Source: a virus
DNA: 64,000 bases
Direction: 5' to 3' (one strand)
IMG/VR virus record: IMGVR_UViG_3300032288_003197
Coordinates: 1-64,000 of that record
Below, piece by piece: positions 43,714-52,563 of the stretch (positions are counted from its first letter, which is position 1; each line of letters starts with the position of its first letter). The position numbers were made by a program, and so were the translations under genes. A model generated the notes under the pieces. The model did not search any database. It was not told where the DNA came from and worked only from the letters and a program-made list of their open reading frames with translations.

Positions 43714-46700
43714 TTACTTGGCCATTCGCTGGCTGTATTCTCTACGACGTTGAGCACCAACTCGGGTTACATGTTCAATCAGTTGGTTGCGAACTGCAAA
43801 TGCTGATTCGCTTACTGCACCGTATCGCACAAATGTTTGGTCAATAAACTGTTTGATACGAGCAATGTCTTCTTTGGTTTCTACCATGTTCAACATTTCT
43901 GCCACAGGCTGTTTTGCTGCCTGAGCAATACGTTGGGCCAATTTGGCTTGTTCCTCGGGAGTTGGTCCCCCGGCGGTTACTTTGGGTCCTGCGGGCACAG
44001 CAGCCTTTACACCTGCGCCACCACCTGCTGGCAATGAGGCAGTGGTTGGGGCAGCAGTTTTCATGCCTGGAATACCAGTCATGGGCTTGACTGTGGTTGT
44101 GGTTTTGCCATAGCCGCTGGGTCCTGCAAAACTAGGTGTCTGGGCAGGTGCAGTCTTCTTGGCATACTTTTCCATGCCAGGCAGTTTCATTACATTGGCG
44201 CCACTGAATGTTGCTGGGCCAGTTGATTTGGTGGTTGCTGTCTGTGGCGCCGGTTGCGTATCCGGGGCAGCAGCCTGCTCGGGCTCCTTGCCATAAGCCA
44301 ATAACTCATCCACGGTGTAAGGTTTCTCGGTTTTAGGATTAATACCAGCATAAGCCTGTCGTTGTGCCCCACCAGCAACAGGTGCACGGGGAACTCCAGC
44401 CTTTTCTGCACCTGCTGGTTGATCAGCAGTGGTTGGTGTTGCAGAGACTGGCAGGCCCATGGTTGAATACACAGAATTGACCACGCCAATTGGAACGCCT
44501 TGTTTGACCAGCCAAGCAGACAATTGATCGCTGTCTGTAGGCTTGCCGCCCTGTTGCCAATTCATCTTGAGTTTTTCTTTTGTGACGTTTCTAGTAAGCT
44601 GCCGCCCAGCAGTGCTCAATGCACTGCCCACTGCCTTGGTGCCACGATCTAAGGCATCAAGTCCCCGGCCAAACCAACTCTTTTTTGCAGGGTCTGCGGG
44701 TGTGTACGGTGCATCGGGTGCATCAGGACGATAAAGATCAGGCAGTTCTTCACGACCGGGGCCTGTTGGGGTAGTGTTAACAGGTGCAGTAGGTGCCGGA
44801 GTAGGTGCCGGAGTAGGTGCTAATGGCACAGTGGTCGCAGACCGGCTACGACTTCTATTGATTGTGTCCTCGGGTGATCCAAACTTTAGTTCTGGTCCCA
44901 ACGGAGCAGGTGCTGGCGTGGGTGTAGGTGCTGGCCTAGGTGTCGGGGGCGGATTGTATTGAAATGGATCTAATGGTTCTGGTGGAACTTCATCTACTGG
45001 CCCAAATGGTTCAGGAGCTGGCCCGGACACAGGTTTATCACCAGCAGCAAGTCGTCGTTCCAATTCTGCTTTGACTTGGCGGGAAACATCATTGTCTTTA
45101 TCACCATGCATTCCCACCCAGTTTTGTAAATCTTGTGTAGATCTTTTAGCCAGTGTAGCAGAAAGATCAAGTTCTGCTAGGGTTTGAATGTTTTCAAACA
45201 CTGCATCGATACCGCGCTGTGTTAAGTGTACACTACGACCTTGTGGCTTGCCTACGCTTTCATTTAAAGCCCAAGACAACTTGGTGAGCTTTTGATCAAT
45301 CATTTGTTCAGCTGGCAAGGTGCGTAGTTTTACACTTTCTTTAATGGCACCAGCCATGGCAGCCTTGGCCTTGAGTGTGGCAATCTGCTGTGCAGACTGA
45401 ATTGCTCTGGCACTGGGTTCAGCACCGTATTTGGCAATCTCTTGTGCATAGATTTGTTTGTAAACAGGATTGTCAAAAATATTTTGAGCAGTTACACCAC
45501 CAAGTGTGCCGGCGCCGCCGGTTGTTGCACTACTGACCGCATCAGCTGGAAATTTTGTAAAGTAAGCTGTACCATTGTAAACGTATCCAGTGACTTCTTG
45601 TCCGTTGTATGGAATTACAATTTTTTCTGCGCCTACTGGGATCCTTGGTTGGAATTGACCACCTTGTGGGAACACTGCTGCCTTGATAGTTTCTCCGGAA
45701 GGCAGTTGCACTGTGCCTGAGTTTGTGACAGGATCAAAAGTCAAGGGACTACTTGCAGGTGCAGCAGCCGCAGCAGAGGCAACATCATCCATTGGAACCA
45801 AACGCATTGGTTGACCGTTTGGGCCAATTGGGGTAATGCCTGAATCAAATGGCTTGCCTATTGTACTGCCACCAGCAGCAGAGGCAGCATCACCAGCAGC
45901 GGGACCACCCAGCAATTCTGGTCCAGTCACTTTGTCCCCGTACATGCCACCTTGGTAGCCAGACCACACACTGCCTTGTCCAGGTGTGCCACCGGGCGGC
46001 AAGTTGAGTTCCATGCCCTTTTGCAATGCTTTGCTGAAATCAATGTTGGGATTGGCGGCTCGAATGGCTTCGGGGGTAGTGCCTTGTGCTTGTGCAATAA
46101 AGCCTAGTTGATCTCCATCTACCACAGTATAAGAACCGCCTCCGGTTGGAGCAACACTACCACTTGGGGCAGCGTCAAATTTAGTACCTTGAGGAACAGT
46201 GTCTGCAGCAGCAGCGTCGCCGCTAAACATTGAAGCGACTTTTGATGCAGCCCAAGCAGTGGCAGCAGCTCCGCCGGCCTTGAGTGCAATATCTGAGAAC
46301 TTCTCGCCCTTGATGGCCGAATCCAATCCATACACAAATGCAGCAATTGCAGGAGCACCTGCGCCTCCAGTGGCAAGACCAGTGATGGCAACTATGGCAG
46401 CTTTGGCCAGGCCAGCTGTCTTGGGATATTCTTTGGCCAACATGCGATACTTCTTGATCGCTGACATGATTTTGCCTTTTTCGCCGCCAGCAACGTCGGC
46501 CAGCGCATCTGTGGCTTTGTCGTAGGCCACGTCAACAAAAGAAATAGGAGTAGAACTTTGGATGCCGCTCCAAACACCTTTCAGTGCATCGGCCACACCA
46601 CCTGCAAAATCTGTAGCGGTATCTTTACCACGGCCCAGCCAAGTACGGTTAGCACCAGTGGCTTTGTCAGTCATGCCGTTTTCAACATCAGCAAACACTT

Positions 46701-47190
46701 GCAAGATTTCTTTTTCTGTCATCTTGCGTTCAGCAATATAGCGGCCTACCTTTTTAAAATTACGATAGACAGGATCTTCCATGAGCCAGGCTTCGTCAAT
46801 GCGACGCTTTTTGTTTTGTTTGCCTTCGGCCATGCCTTGCTTTAACTTTTGTTTGATAGCGTTGATCTGTTGATTAATTCCGTGCTGTTCTTTCCAGAAT
46901 CTGTGATCATCGCTGTATTCAAAACTAGGATCAAATTCAGCTTCTAGCTTTTTTAGTTTGGATTCAAGGCCAGCACGTTCTTCGTCGCTGAGTGGTATAG
47001 GAGCAGGAGCAGGTGCGTTGGCACGATCAGCCGCACGTTGCTTTAGCATGGCATCAGTTCTAGCACGTTCTTCGTCAGGAGTTCCTGCCAGGCGCGGGTT
47101 CATGCCTTTGGCTTTTGCCATGGCCATGAATTCATCTGCGAGACCTTCTTGGAGATTTTTTTTGTTATCAAATAATTGGTCTACTATCAT
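43714..47190 (-). CDS. large LysM-domain, Pro/Ala-rich protein (putative internal virion/ejection protein)
   Basis: YTVVDGDQLGFIA...IRAANP...LQKGMELNLP LysM; hydrophobic Gly/Ala segments; PAPT repeats. Confidence 0.7.
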   Translation of the reverse strand: MIVDQLFDNKKNLQEGLADEFMAMAKAKGMNPRLAGTPDEERARTDAMLKQRAADRANAPAPAPIPLSDEERAGLESKLKKLEAEFDPSFEYSDDHRFWKEQHGINQQINAIKQKLKQGMAEGKQNKKRRIDEAWLMEDPVYRNFKKVGRYIAERKMTEKEILQVFADVENGMTDKATGANRTWLGRGKDTATDFAGGVADALKGVWSGIQSSTPISFVDVAYDKATDALADVAGGEKGKIMSAIKKYRMLAKEYPKTAGLAKAAIVAITGLATGGAGAPAIAAFVYGLDSAIKGEKFSDIALKAGGAAATAWAASKVASMFSGDAAAADTVPQGTKFDAAPSGSVAPTGGGSYTVVDGDQLGFIAQAQGTTPEAIRAANPNIDFSKALQKGMELNLPPGGTPGQGSVWSGYQGGMYGDKVTGPELLGGPAAGDAASAAGGSTIGKPFDSGITPIGPNGQPMRLVPMDDVASAAAAAPASSPLTFDPVTNSGTVQLPSGETIKAAVFPQGGQFQPRIPVGAEKIVIPYNGQEVTGYVYNGTAYFTKFPADAVSSATTGGAGTLGGVTAQNIFDNPVYKQIYAQEIAKYGAEPSARAIQSAQQIATLKAKAAMAGAIKESVKLRTLPAEQMIDQKLTKLSWALNESVGKPQGRSVHLTQRGIDAVFENIQTLAELDLSATLAKRSTQDLQNWVGMHGDKDNDVSRQVKAELERRLAAGDKPVSGPAPEPFGPVDEVPPEPLDPFQYNPPPTPRPAPTPTPAPAPLGPELKFGSPEDTINRSRSRSATTVPLAPTPAPTPAPTAPVNTTPTGPGREELPDLYRPDAPDAPYTPADPAKKSWFGRGLDALDRGTKAVGSALSTAGRQLTRNVTKEKLKMNWQQGGKPTDSDQLSAWLVKQGVPIGVVNSVYSTMGLPVSATPTTADQPAGAEKAGVPRAPVAGGAQRQAYAGINPKTEKPYTVDELLAYGKEPEQAAAPDTQPAPQTATTKSTGPATFSGANVMKLPGMEKYAKKTAPAQTPSFAGPSGYGKTTTTVKPMTGIPGMKTAAPTTASLPAGGGAGVKAAVPAGPKVTAGGPTPEEQAKLAQRIAQAAKQPVAEMLNMVETKEDIARIKQFIDQTFVRYGAVSESAFAVRNQLIEHVTRVGAQRRREYSQRMAK

Positions 47191-47191
47191 G

Positions 47192-47929
47192 TCAACGTTC
47201 TTCTATGTAATCTTGACTGAGATCTTGTTTTTGTCTACGCTTCTGGAACAGGCGTACCGCAATGTCAGCTTCGTCGGGTGTTCGAAAGCGTGATGGCAAT
47301 GCTTTGTTGTTTCTGCGCAGTTCGTATCCTTGCTTGTCGTCACCCCAGCATTCCAAACAAGAACCATCTTCCATGGCGTAGGTTTTTACAGGCGCTTCGC
47401 TCACAGCTGACATTGGTGCAGCAGGTGCAGCCACAGCAGCCGCAATATGATCTTCTATGCCATGTGCCACTTCTGAATCAGCTGGATCACCAATGGGTTG
47501 CACATCTTGGTCCCAGGTGGCATTTTCTTCGACTTCGCTTTCGGTTTGCGGATCATCGTCAATGTTTAATTCGGCCTTGGCCTTGCGAACCAAGCGGCGA
47601 TCGAGACGATTTTCGCGCTCCAATTTCTCAAGATAGTCTGCAAAGTTTGCCTTGACCTTGCCCAGCATGTCTTCTTCAATGCCCTGCATGGCTTCTTCCA
47701 AGGCATTCTTTTTGGGTTCAACGGAATCGCCCACTAACTTGCCATCCATGGGATGTTTTTGATAGGGTTTCTTTGACAGTGTGGGTGAGATGTCTCGGGG
47801 CTTGAACAATGCAGGTAGCTGTCCTGCTGATCGTTGTTGAGGATTCAAGCCGTGTTTGACTGAAACTGGTGTGGTCTTGCCCTCGATCAAGGCCAGGCGT
47901 TCGATTATCTTGTAGATTGGGTCACTCAT
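47192..47929 (-). CDS. hypothetical protein
   Basis: 245-aa coupled ORF. Confidence 0.75.
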   Translation of the reverse strand: MSDPIYKIIERLALIEGKTTPVSVKHGLNPQQRSAGQLPALFKPRDISPTLSKKPYQKHPMDGKLVGDSVEPKKNALEEAMQGIEEDMLGKVKANFADYLEKLERENRLDRRLVRKAKAELNIDDDPQTESEVEENATWDQDVQPIGDPADSEVAHGIEDHIAAAVAAPAAPMSAVSEAPVKTYAMEDGSCLECWGDDKQGYELRRNNKALPSRFRTPDEADIAVRLFQKRRQKQDLSQDYIEER

Positions 47930-48369
47930 GCTCGCTCATCTTTCAGGAAACTTCTCAACATCCAGCCATGCTTTTGATGGGCATCGATGCGTTCTGCTAT
48001 GAAGTTGGCAATGCCCTGCTGATTTTCTTGTTCAGCAGTGGCAAATGTTTCGTTGAGCAATTCAAGAAGTTGATCGTTGTTGGCCAATAATTCTTGAATC
48101 ATGAGACGAGCACGCGGAATCTTGGTTTGTCCTTTGATAATTGACAGTTCTGCAAAACGTTCAAAACTGCCTGGGCTGTAGTCTCCCATGGCACGAATGT
48201 ATTCAGCAGTCTGGTCTATACTACCATCGTAGACTTCTTCGTATAGATTACCAAAGAACTCGTGCAATTGTGCAAAGTCTGGTCCTTCTACGTTCCAGTG
48301 AAATAGTTGGGCCTTGATACTGAATGCGTATTCAGTTGCCAGGAGAATTTTTAAACTGTCCGCGAGCAC
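47926..48369 (-). CDS. dps: Dps/ferritin-like protein
   Basis: HWNVEGPDFAQLHEFF, D..AEYIRA, KHGWMLRS. Confidence 0.92.
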   Translation of the reverse strand: MLADSLKILLATEYAFSIKAQLFHWNVEGPDFAQLHEFFGNLYEEVYDGSIDQTAEYIRAMGDYSPGSFERFAELSIIKGQTKIPRARLMIQELLANNDQLLELLNETFATAEQENQQGIANFIAERIDAHQKHGWMLRSFLKDERA

Positions 48370-48550
48370 GATTTCGATTCCTTTTGTATTCTTTAGGCGT
48401 GTTCGGAGTAGGATCCGAACTCGTTACATATTTACCTGTGAGCATGCTTCCGCCTGATCTTGATATCATGCCCATGGGCATGACAACCGGAGCAAATCCG
48501 CCGCTGACAGTGCCCGCTGAGCTTTCCATTATTTCATGTATTTTCATCAA
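48332..48550 (-). CDS. small hypothetical protein
   Basis: MKIHEIMES N-terminus shared in style with neighbouring late genes. Confidence 0.6.
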   Translation of the reverse strand: MMKIHEIMESSAGTVSGGFAPVVMPMGMISRSGGSMLTGKYVTSSDPTPNTPKEYKRNRNRARGQFKNSPGN

Positions 48551-48842
48551 CGGATTTCCATATTGTTACACAGCCATGTTGATCCACTGAGCCTGATCCT
48601 GACTGAATTTTATAGTTGGCGGCGTGCAATTTTACATCACAATCAGTGTCTACAAGTTCATATCTTACTTGATACGTGCCCGGTGCACCCTGTATAACCA
48701 GGGCTTCTTCCAAGTACATGTCACTCCAGATCCAGGTGCGTTCTGTAAACAGTTCATCGTTGACATAACATCTATAACGTGGGGGATTGCGAAACCACTC
48801 GCAGTCCACATCAACCACAACAGTGACACATTCATTTTGCAT
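48534..48842 (-). CDS. hypothetical protein
   Basis: YRCYVNDELFTERTW; late-promoter-like CTAAATA. Confidence 0.7.
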   Translation of the reverse strand: MQNECVTVVVDVDCEWFRNPPRYRCYVNDELFTERTWIWSDMYLEEALVIQGAPGTYQVRYELVDTDCDVKLHAANYKIQSGSGSVDQHGCVTIWKSVDENT

Positions 48843-48883
48843 ATGATATTTAGCAAAATGTATGCCTATATTTTTGTGTTTGA

Positions 48884-50035
48884 TTACTTGGGCACTACAC
48901 CAATGGGAAAATTTCTACCATAAAATGTCTTGATACTGTGAACACGATTGGAGTTGGGATAAAAAGTAAAATATTTAGAATCAATCATGTTGGTGTGAGC
49001 GTTCAACGTACTTTGCCAAGCCTCTAGTGCTGTGGTTTTTTCTCGCATGATCCAGGAATGTTGCGAGCTCCACACAGTTGAATCTGCTTTGTCGGCTTGA
49101 AAAATGTTGAGATCCCAGTCTGGGTAAATGATACTTTTTATCAAGTTCTGTCGGTATGCTGTGTATTTTGATTGTGTGTCAAACAAGTGTTTTAATTTGG
49201 GATTGGCCAACACATGTTGGTATATCAGGTGTGCTTGTTCGCGCACAATCTCTGGCATGTCGCCGCTCCAATAAAAATACTCAACCACACGATTTTCGGG
49301 CACATGAGATGACTTGAAGAAACAGTGATTGTCCCCGACAATCACACAAAAAATATTTTTTTCAATGAACACCTCGGGTTTGTCGCAGCCCAAAATTATA
49401 GCAGCACGATCGATTTTTTTGTTGATTTCGCTGAATCTCCGGGCCACATTTTTGTATCGTTTGGTGCTTTGATACGGCCCCATGTGGCTGATGGTAAAGG
49501 TATGTTCGGTATCTTCTATGGATAAATCTTCGGTGGTGTCGGTGATGGTTATTTTTATTCGGGGATGGTGCTCCCTAACATAGTTTAACATGGGTTTGAT
49601 GGCTAGTTCCCATTCGCTGATGTGATTGTACGGTGTGGGATCATTGGACACTGTCCAGTCACTGGTGTGTTTCAACGGCCAGTCACATATGATTTCATCC
49701 AGGTGTATGTTGTTGCTGATAAAACTTTTCAGTATGGTGGTGCTGTCAGATCCACCGCTGAAACACAGCATCAGGTAATCATAGCGGTCTCGCAATTGTT
49801 GCGCTCGCTGTCGGTACAGAGATCTAATGTCCACCTGCAACGGACGGCGCCAATCAAGAGATCTAAATTGCGCACTATTAAATTCCCACTTAACGTCCTG
49901 CTGGGTTTTTGATGCATACATCAAGGCATTGAATTTGAAATTAAAATTCTTGTTTCCTACGATGTAGTATCCGTTTTTCTCCACAAGCGGAACCGTGGCT
50001 GAATCATCTTCGAGCTGAATATTAAGTGGAGTCAT
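48884..50035 (-). CDS. PP-loop protein (paralog of 12352-13536)
   Basis: RAQQLRDRYDY..L.FSGGSDS, GCDKP, EYFYW. Confidence 0.7.
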   Translation of the reverse strand: MTPLNIQLEDDSATVPLVEKNGYYIVGNKNFNFKFNALMYASKTQQDVKWEFNSAQFRSLDWRRPLQVDIRSLYRQRAQQLRDRYDYLMLCFSGGSDSTTILKSFISNNIHLDEIICDWPLKHTSDWTVSNDPTPYNHISEWELAIKPMLNYVREHHPRIKITITDTTEDLSIEDTEHTFTISHMGPYQSTKRYKNVARRFSEINKKIDRAAIILGCDKPEVFIEKNIFCVIVGDNHCFFKSSHVPENRVVEYFYWSGDMPEIVREQAHLIYQHVLANPKLKHLFDTQSKYTAYRQNLIKSIIYPDWDLNIFQADKADSTVWSSQHSWIMREKTTALEAWQSTLNAHTNMIDSKYFTFYPNSNRVHSIKTFYGRNFPIGVVPK

Positions 50036-50075
50036 TGAAAAATTACTTACCGATGACTCTGTTGGTGTTAGTTTT

Positions 50076-50300
50076 TTATGCTATTTGTACCACGTTGGTA
50101 ATCACAGAATCTTTGCCGTACTGTGCCATCAGCAGCTGACGAGCCATTGCGGGATTCTTGGCAAATATGGCCACATCCATAGAATTGGTATACAATTCGT
50201 TTTTGACTTTGACTCGGGCTTGGTACACATGAAATCCAGGTACCACTGCTTCCTGTAAATTGTACTGCGATCCGCGAGAGTTGTTTTGATATTGTTTCAT
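50076..50300 (-). CDS. hypothetical protein
   Basis: ORF immediately after the upstream stop. Confidence 0.6.
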   Translation of the reverse strand: MKQYQNNSRGSQYNLQEAVVPGFHVYQARVKVKNELYTNSMDVAIFAKNPAMARQLLMAQYGKDSVITNVVQIA

Positions 50301-50301
50301 T

Positions 50302-50733
50302 TTAGTCGGCTGCTTTGTTGCGATCTTTTTCGGTGATGGGTCCGCCTGTGATCCAGGCCTTGCAACTACGTGAGCCCGCGCACTTGAAATGCAGGAAATT
50401 ACAGTAACCAAGGTCTGCCAAGTTGATACTGGCATTGGCATCCACTGCGGGCTCATCTCCTCGGATACCGTTGGCAATGCATTCTCTCATGCTGTCACTG
50501 ACATCAAAAGCTCCGCAGTTGCCGCACTGCATGGTCCGGGCAGTGGCCACGCTGACTTTGAATATTTTTGCGCTTTTCTTCCAGTAGTCTTCGGCACGAT
50601 CAGGATTGGCAGGTCCGTAGTGATAATCGTCTATGGCCCGTTGACGGTTTTTCAAGTTCACATCTATGTCATGTGTTGCTGTGGGGCAACCTTTTTCGAT
50701 TGCCTCCAGTAGATTGATATAGTTTCTCATCAT
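50302..50733 (-). CDS. Cys-rich hypothetical protein
   Basis: CGNC, GYC, FKCAGSRSCKAW. Confidence 0.75.
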   Translation of the reverse strand: MMRNYINLLEAIEKGCPTATHDIDVNLKNRQRAIDDYHYGPANPDRAEDYWKKSAKIFKVSVATARTMQCGNCGAFDVSDSMRECIANGIRGDEPAVDANASINLADLGYCNFLHFKCAGSRSCKAWITGGPITEKDRNKAAD

Positions 50734-51383
50734 GTATTTACTTGAAAACTAAAACCAATTTGATTTGGAGTTAGCCCAACATGTGCAATTTTTAAAAATC
50801 CTTTGCTTCTGCACAGACTCAAATATGATATAGGAATTTGATTTTTAAAAGTGCAAAAGTTGAGAATGGCAACGGCGGATATATTAGATGATGGACATGC
50901 TTTTGCAGCAAGTCTTGACGATTCATAAGTCCCCCACGGAGTCACATAATGTCCTTTATAGTTAGGATTGTTTTTTCCAGTTTTGGATTCTGAATAATTT
51001 TTTCTTGCAATGGCACTACGTGATGGTTGTGTGCAACCTTTCTTTTGTTCGCTTACAAATTTAGATACTTGTATTCTTAAATTTTCATAAAGTTGAGACT
51101 TTTTGACTCGATTATATCGACTCGACTTACCTCTTCCTGTTAGATAAAACACAGATGATATCATCTTCCTTTTATCCATTCCTGCGGTCATTTTAGTAAG
51201 CAAGATATGACAAATAAAATGTTCACGTGCAGTCAATGCAACAAGATTTACTTTTGCGTCGGTGCCGCCCAGGCTACGAGGAATAATGTGATGCTTTTCT
51301 GTATAACAAGAAATTGATCTTGTTTTTGCTCTGTCTATTATTTTGTAATATACTCGAGTATATTTGTTATCTATAAATATCAT
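50730..51383 (-). CDS. HNH homing endonuclease
   Basis: EKHHIIPRSLGG...NLVALTAREHFICH; AT-rich insertion. Confidence 0.9.
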   Translation of the reverse strand: MIFIDNKYTRVYYKIIDRAKTRSISCYTEKHHIIPRSLGGTDAKVNLVALTAREHFICHILLTKMTAGMDKRKMISSVFYLTGRGKSSRYNRVKKSQLYENLRIQVSKFVSEQKKGCTQPSRSAIARKNYSESKTGKNNPNYKGHYVTPWGTYESSRLAAKACPSSNISAVAILNFCTFKNQIPISYLSLCRSKGFLKIAHVGLTPNQIGFSFQVNT

Positions 51384-51442
51384 TGCTGATGCCCTCCACG
51401 GCGTTAGGGTAGTTGGGAACGCCAATTCCGCGAACTACACTT

Positions 51443-52003
51443 TTATTTATTCTTTTTTGCTTTCCCGCGACGCATGTTCAACTGCCACTGAGCCATTCTT
51501 CTTCGTTCTCCGGTGCTTGACTTAGCAATTTTGGATAGCTGTGCGAGAGTTGGTTTTTTTGGAATACCAACTCTTCTGCTCAATCCTTTGCGTCCGGGAT
51601 TCTTGCCGTCCGCAAAGTTTTCATTGAGTCTAGTCAACGCTTGTTGCAATCCTGGATGTAAAGGTTCGGGCCAATCTCCGGCTTCTACCCAACATGAGTC
51701 CTGACTTTCAGAGTTTAGTCGGGGTTCAAATTCATGTGGCACATGTCCAATATAAGTGGCATAGCGTTGATTCATCATCAAGGGCTCCAGCTTCAACGGT
51801 CCGGTGTATCCACCTTCTTCTGCCAGCTCTCTGCGCACTGTTTGTTCTAGTGTTTCGCCAGGCTCGCGTCCACCGCCCCAGGTTGACCATACACCGGGAT
51901 CACCGACGTCTTCACTGCGTTGCTGTAAGCACCAACGGCCGGTATCTGCTGCTCGAAGGATGCAGCCTGCTGCTCGAGGTTCAGTGAATTCTCGGGCTCT
52001 CAT
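51443..52003 (-). CDS. NUDIX hydrolase with basic C-terminal module
   Basis: GGREPGETLEQTVRRELAEEGG Nudix box. Confidence 0.9.
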   Translation of the reverse strand: MRAREFTEPRAAGCILRAADTGRWCLQQRSEDVGDPGVWSTWGGGREPGETLEQTVRRELAEEGGYTGPLKLEPLMMNQRYATYIGHVPHEFEPRLNSESQDSCWVEAGDWPEPLHPGLQQALTRLNENFADGKNPGRKGLSRRVGIPKKPTLAQLSKIAKSSTGERRRMAQWQLNMRRGKAKKNK

Positions 52004-52551
52004 GCTTGACCTCGTATGCGATCAAAAAAGCTGGGCCCTGGCCTACCTCGTACTTTGCCATGTCTGCGATGTTGTTCGGCGTAGTTGTAATATTTGCCCA
52101 CAACATCAAAACCGTAAGTAAAAAATATTGCCGCTGGCGGTCGAGTCATTCTTATAATACCCACACGCTGTTTGCCAGCAGGTGCTGCCACAGCTTGACG
52201 ATCGCCGTCTTTTACTGTTTGCAGCCAAGCATTGGGTTTGAGTTTGACCAACCAAGCATATGGTTTGTCTGTGGCATAGGCCCCATGAATTTCTTTGAGA
52301 TAATATGCGGCAGGATAAAACCACAAGCTACGGCGTCCAGTGTTTTGTCCCAGAGCATCGAAGTCAAAGTTGGGATCATCAACATCAGGAGTTTTCTTGA
52401 ACGTTTGTTTATTGCTGAAGCCCAACTTGTCTGTGTCAGTGAATCGCACAAAGTAATCGTCCACACTGCCGCCGTGTCGGCGAACATCAGCAATGATCTG
52501 ATCACGCACTGGCGGAACTCGGGCTTCTACAATGAACTCTTGTGCTCTCAT
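52000..52551 (-). CDS. hypothetical protein (MRAQEFIVE N-terminus)
   Basis: Coupled ORF. Confidence 0.7.
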   Translation of the reverse strand: MRAQEFIVEARVPPVRDQIIADVRRHGGSVDDYFVRFTDTDKLGFSNKQTFKKTPDVDDPNFDFDALGQNTGRRSLWFYPAAYYLKEIHGAYATDKPYAWLVKLKPNAWLQTVKDGDRQAVAAPAGKQRVGIIRMTRPPAAIFFTYGFDVVGKYYNYAEQHRRHGKVRGRPGPSFFDRIRGQA

Positions 52552-52563
52552 GTTATCGTCTCA

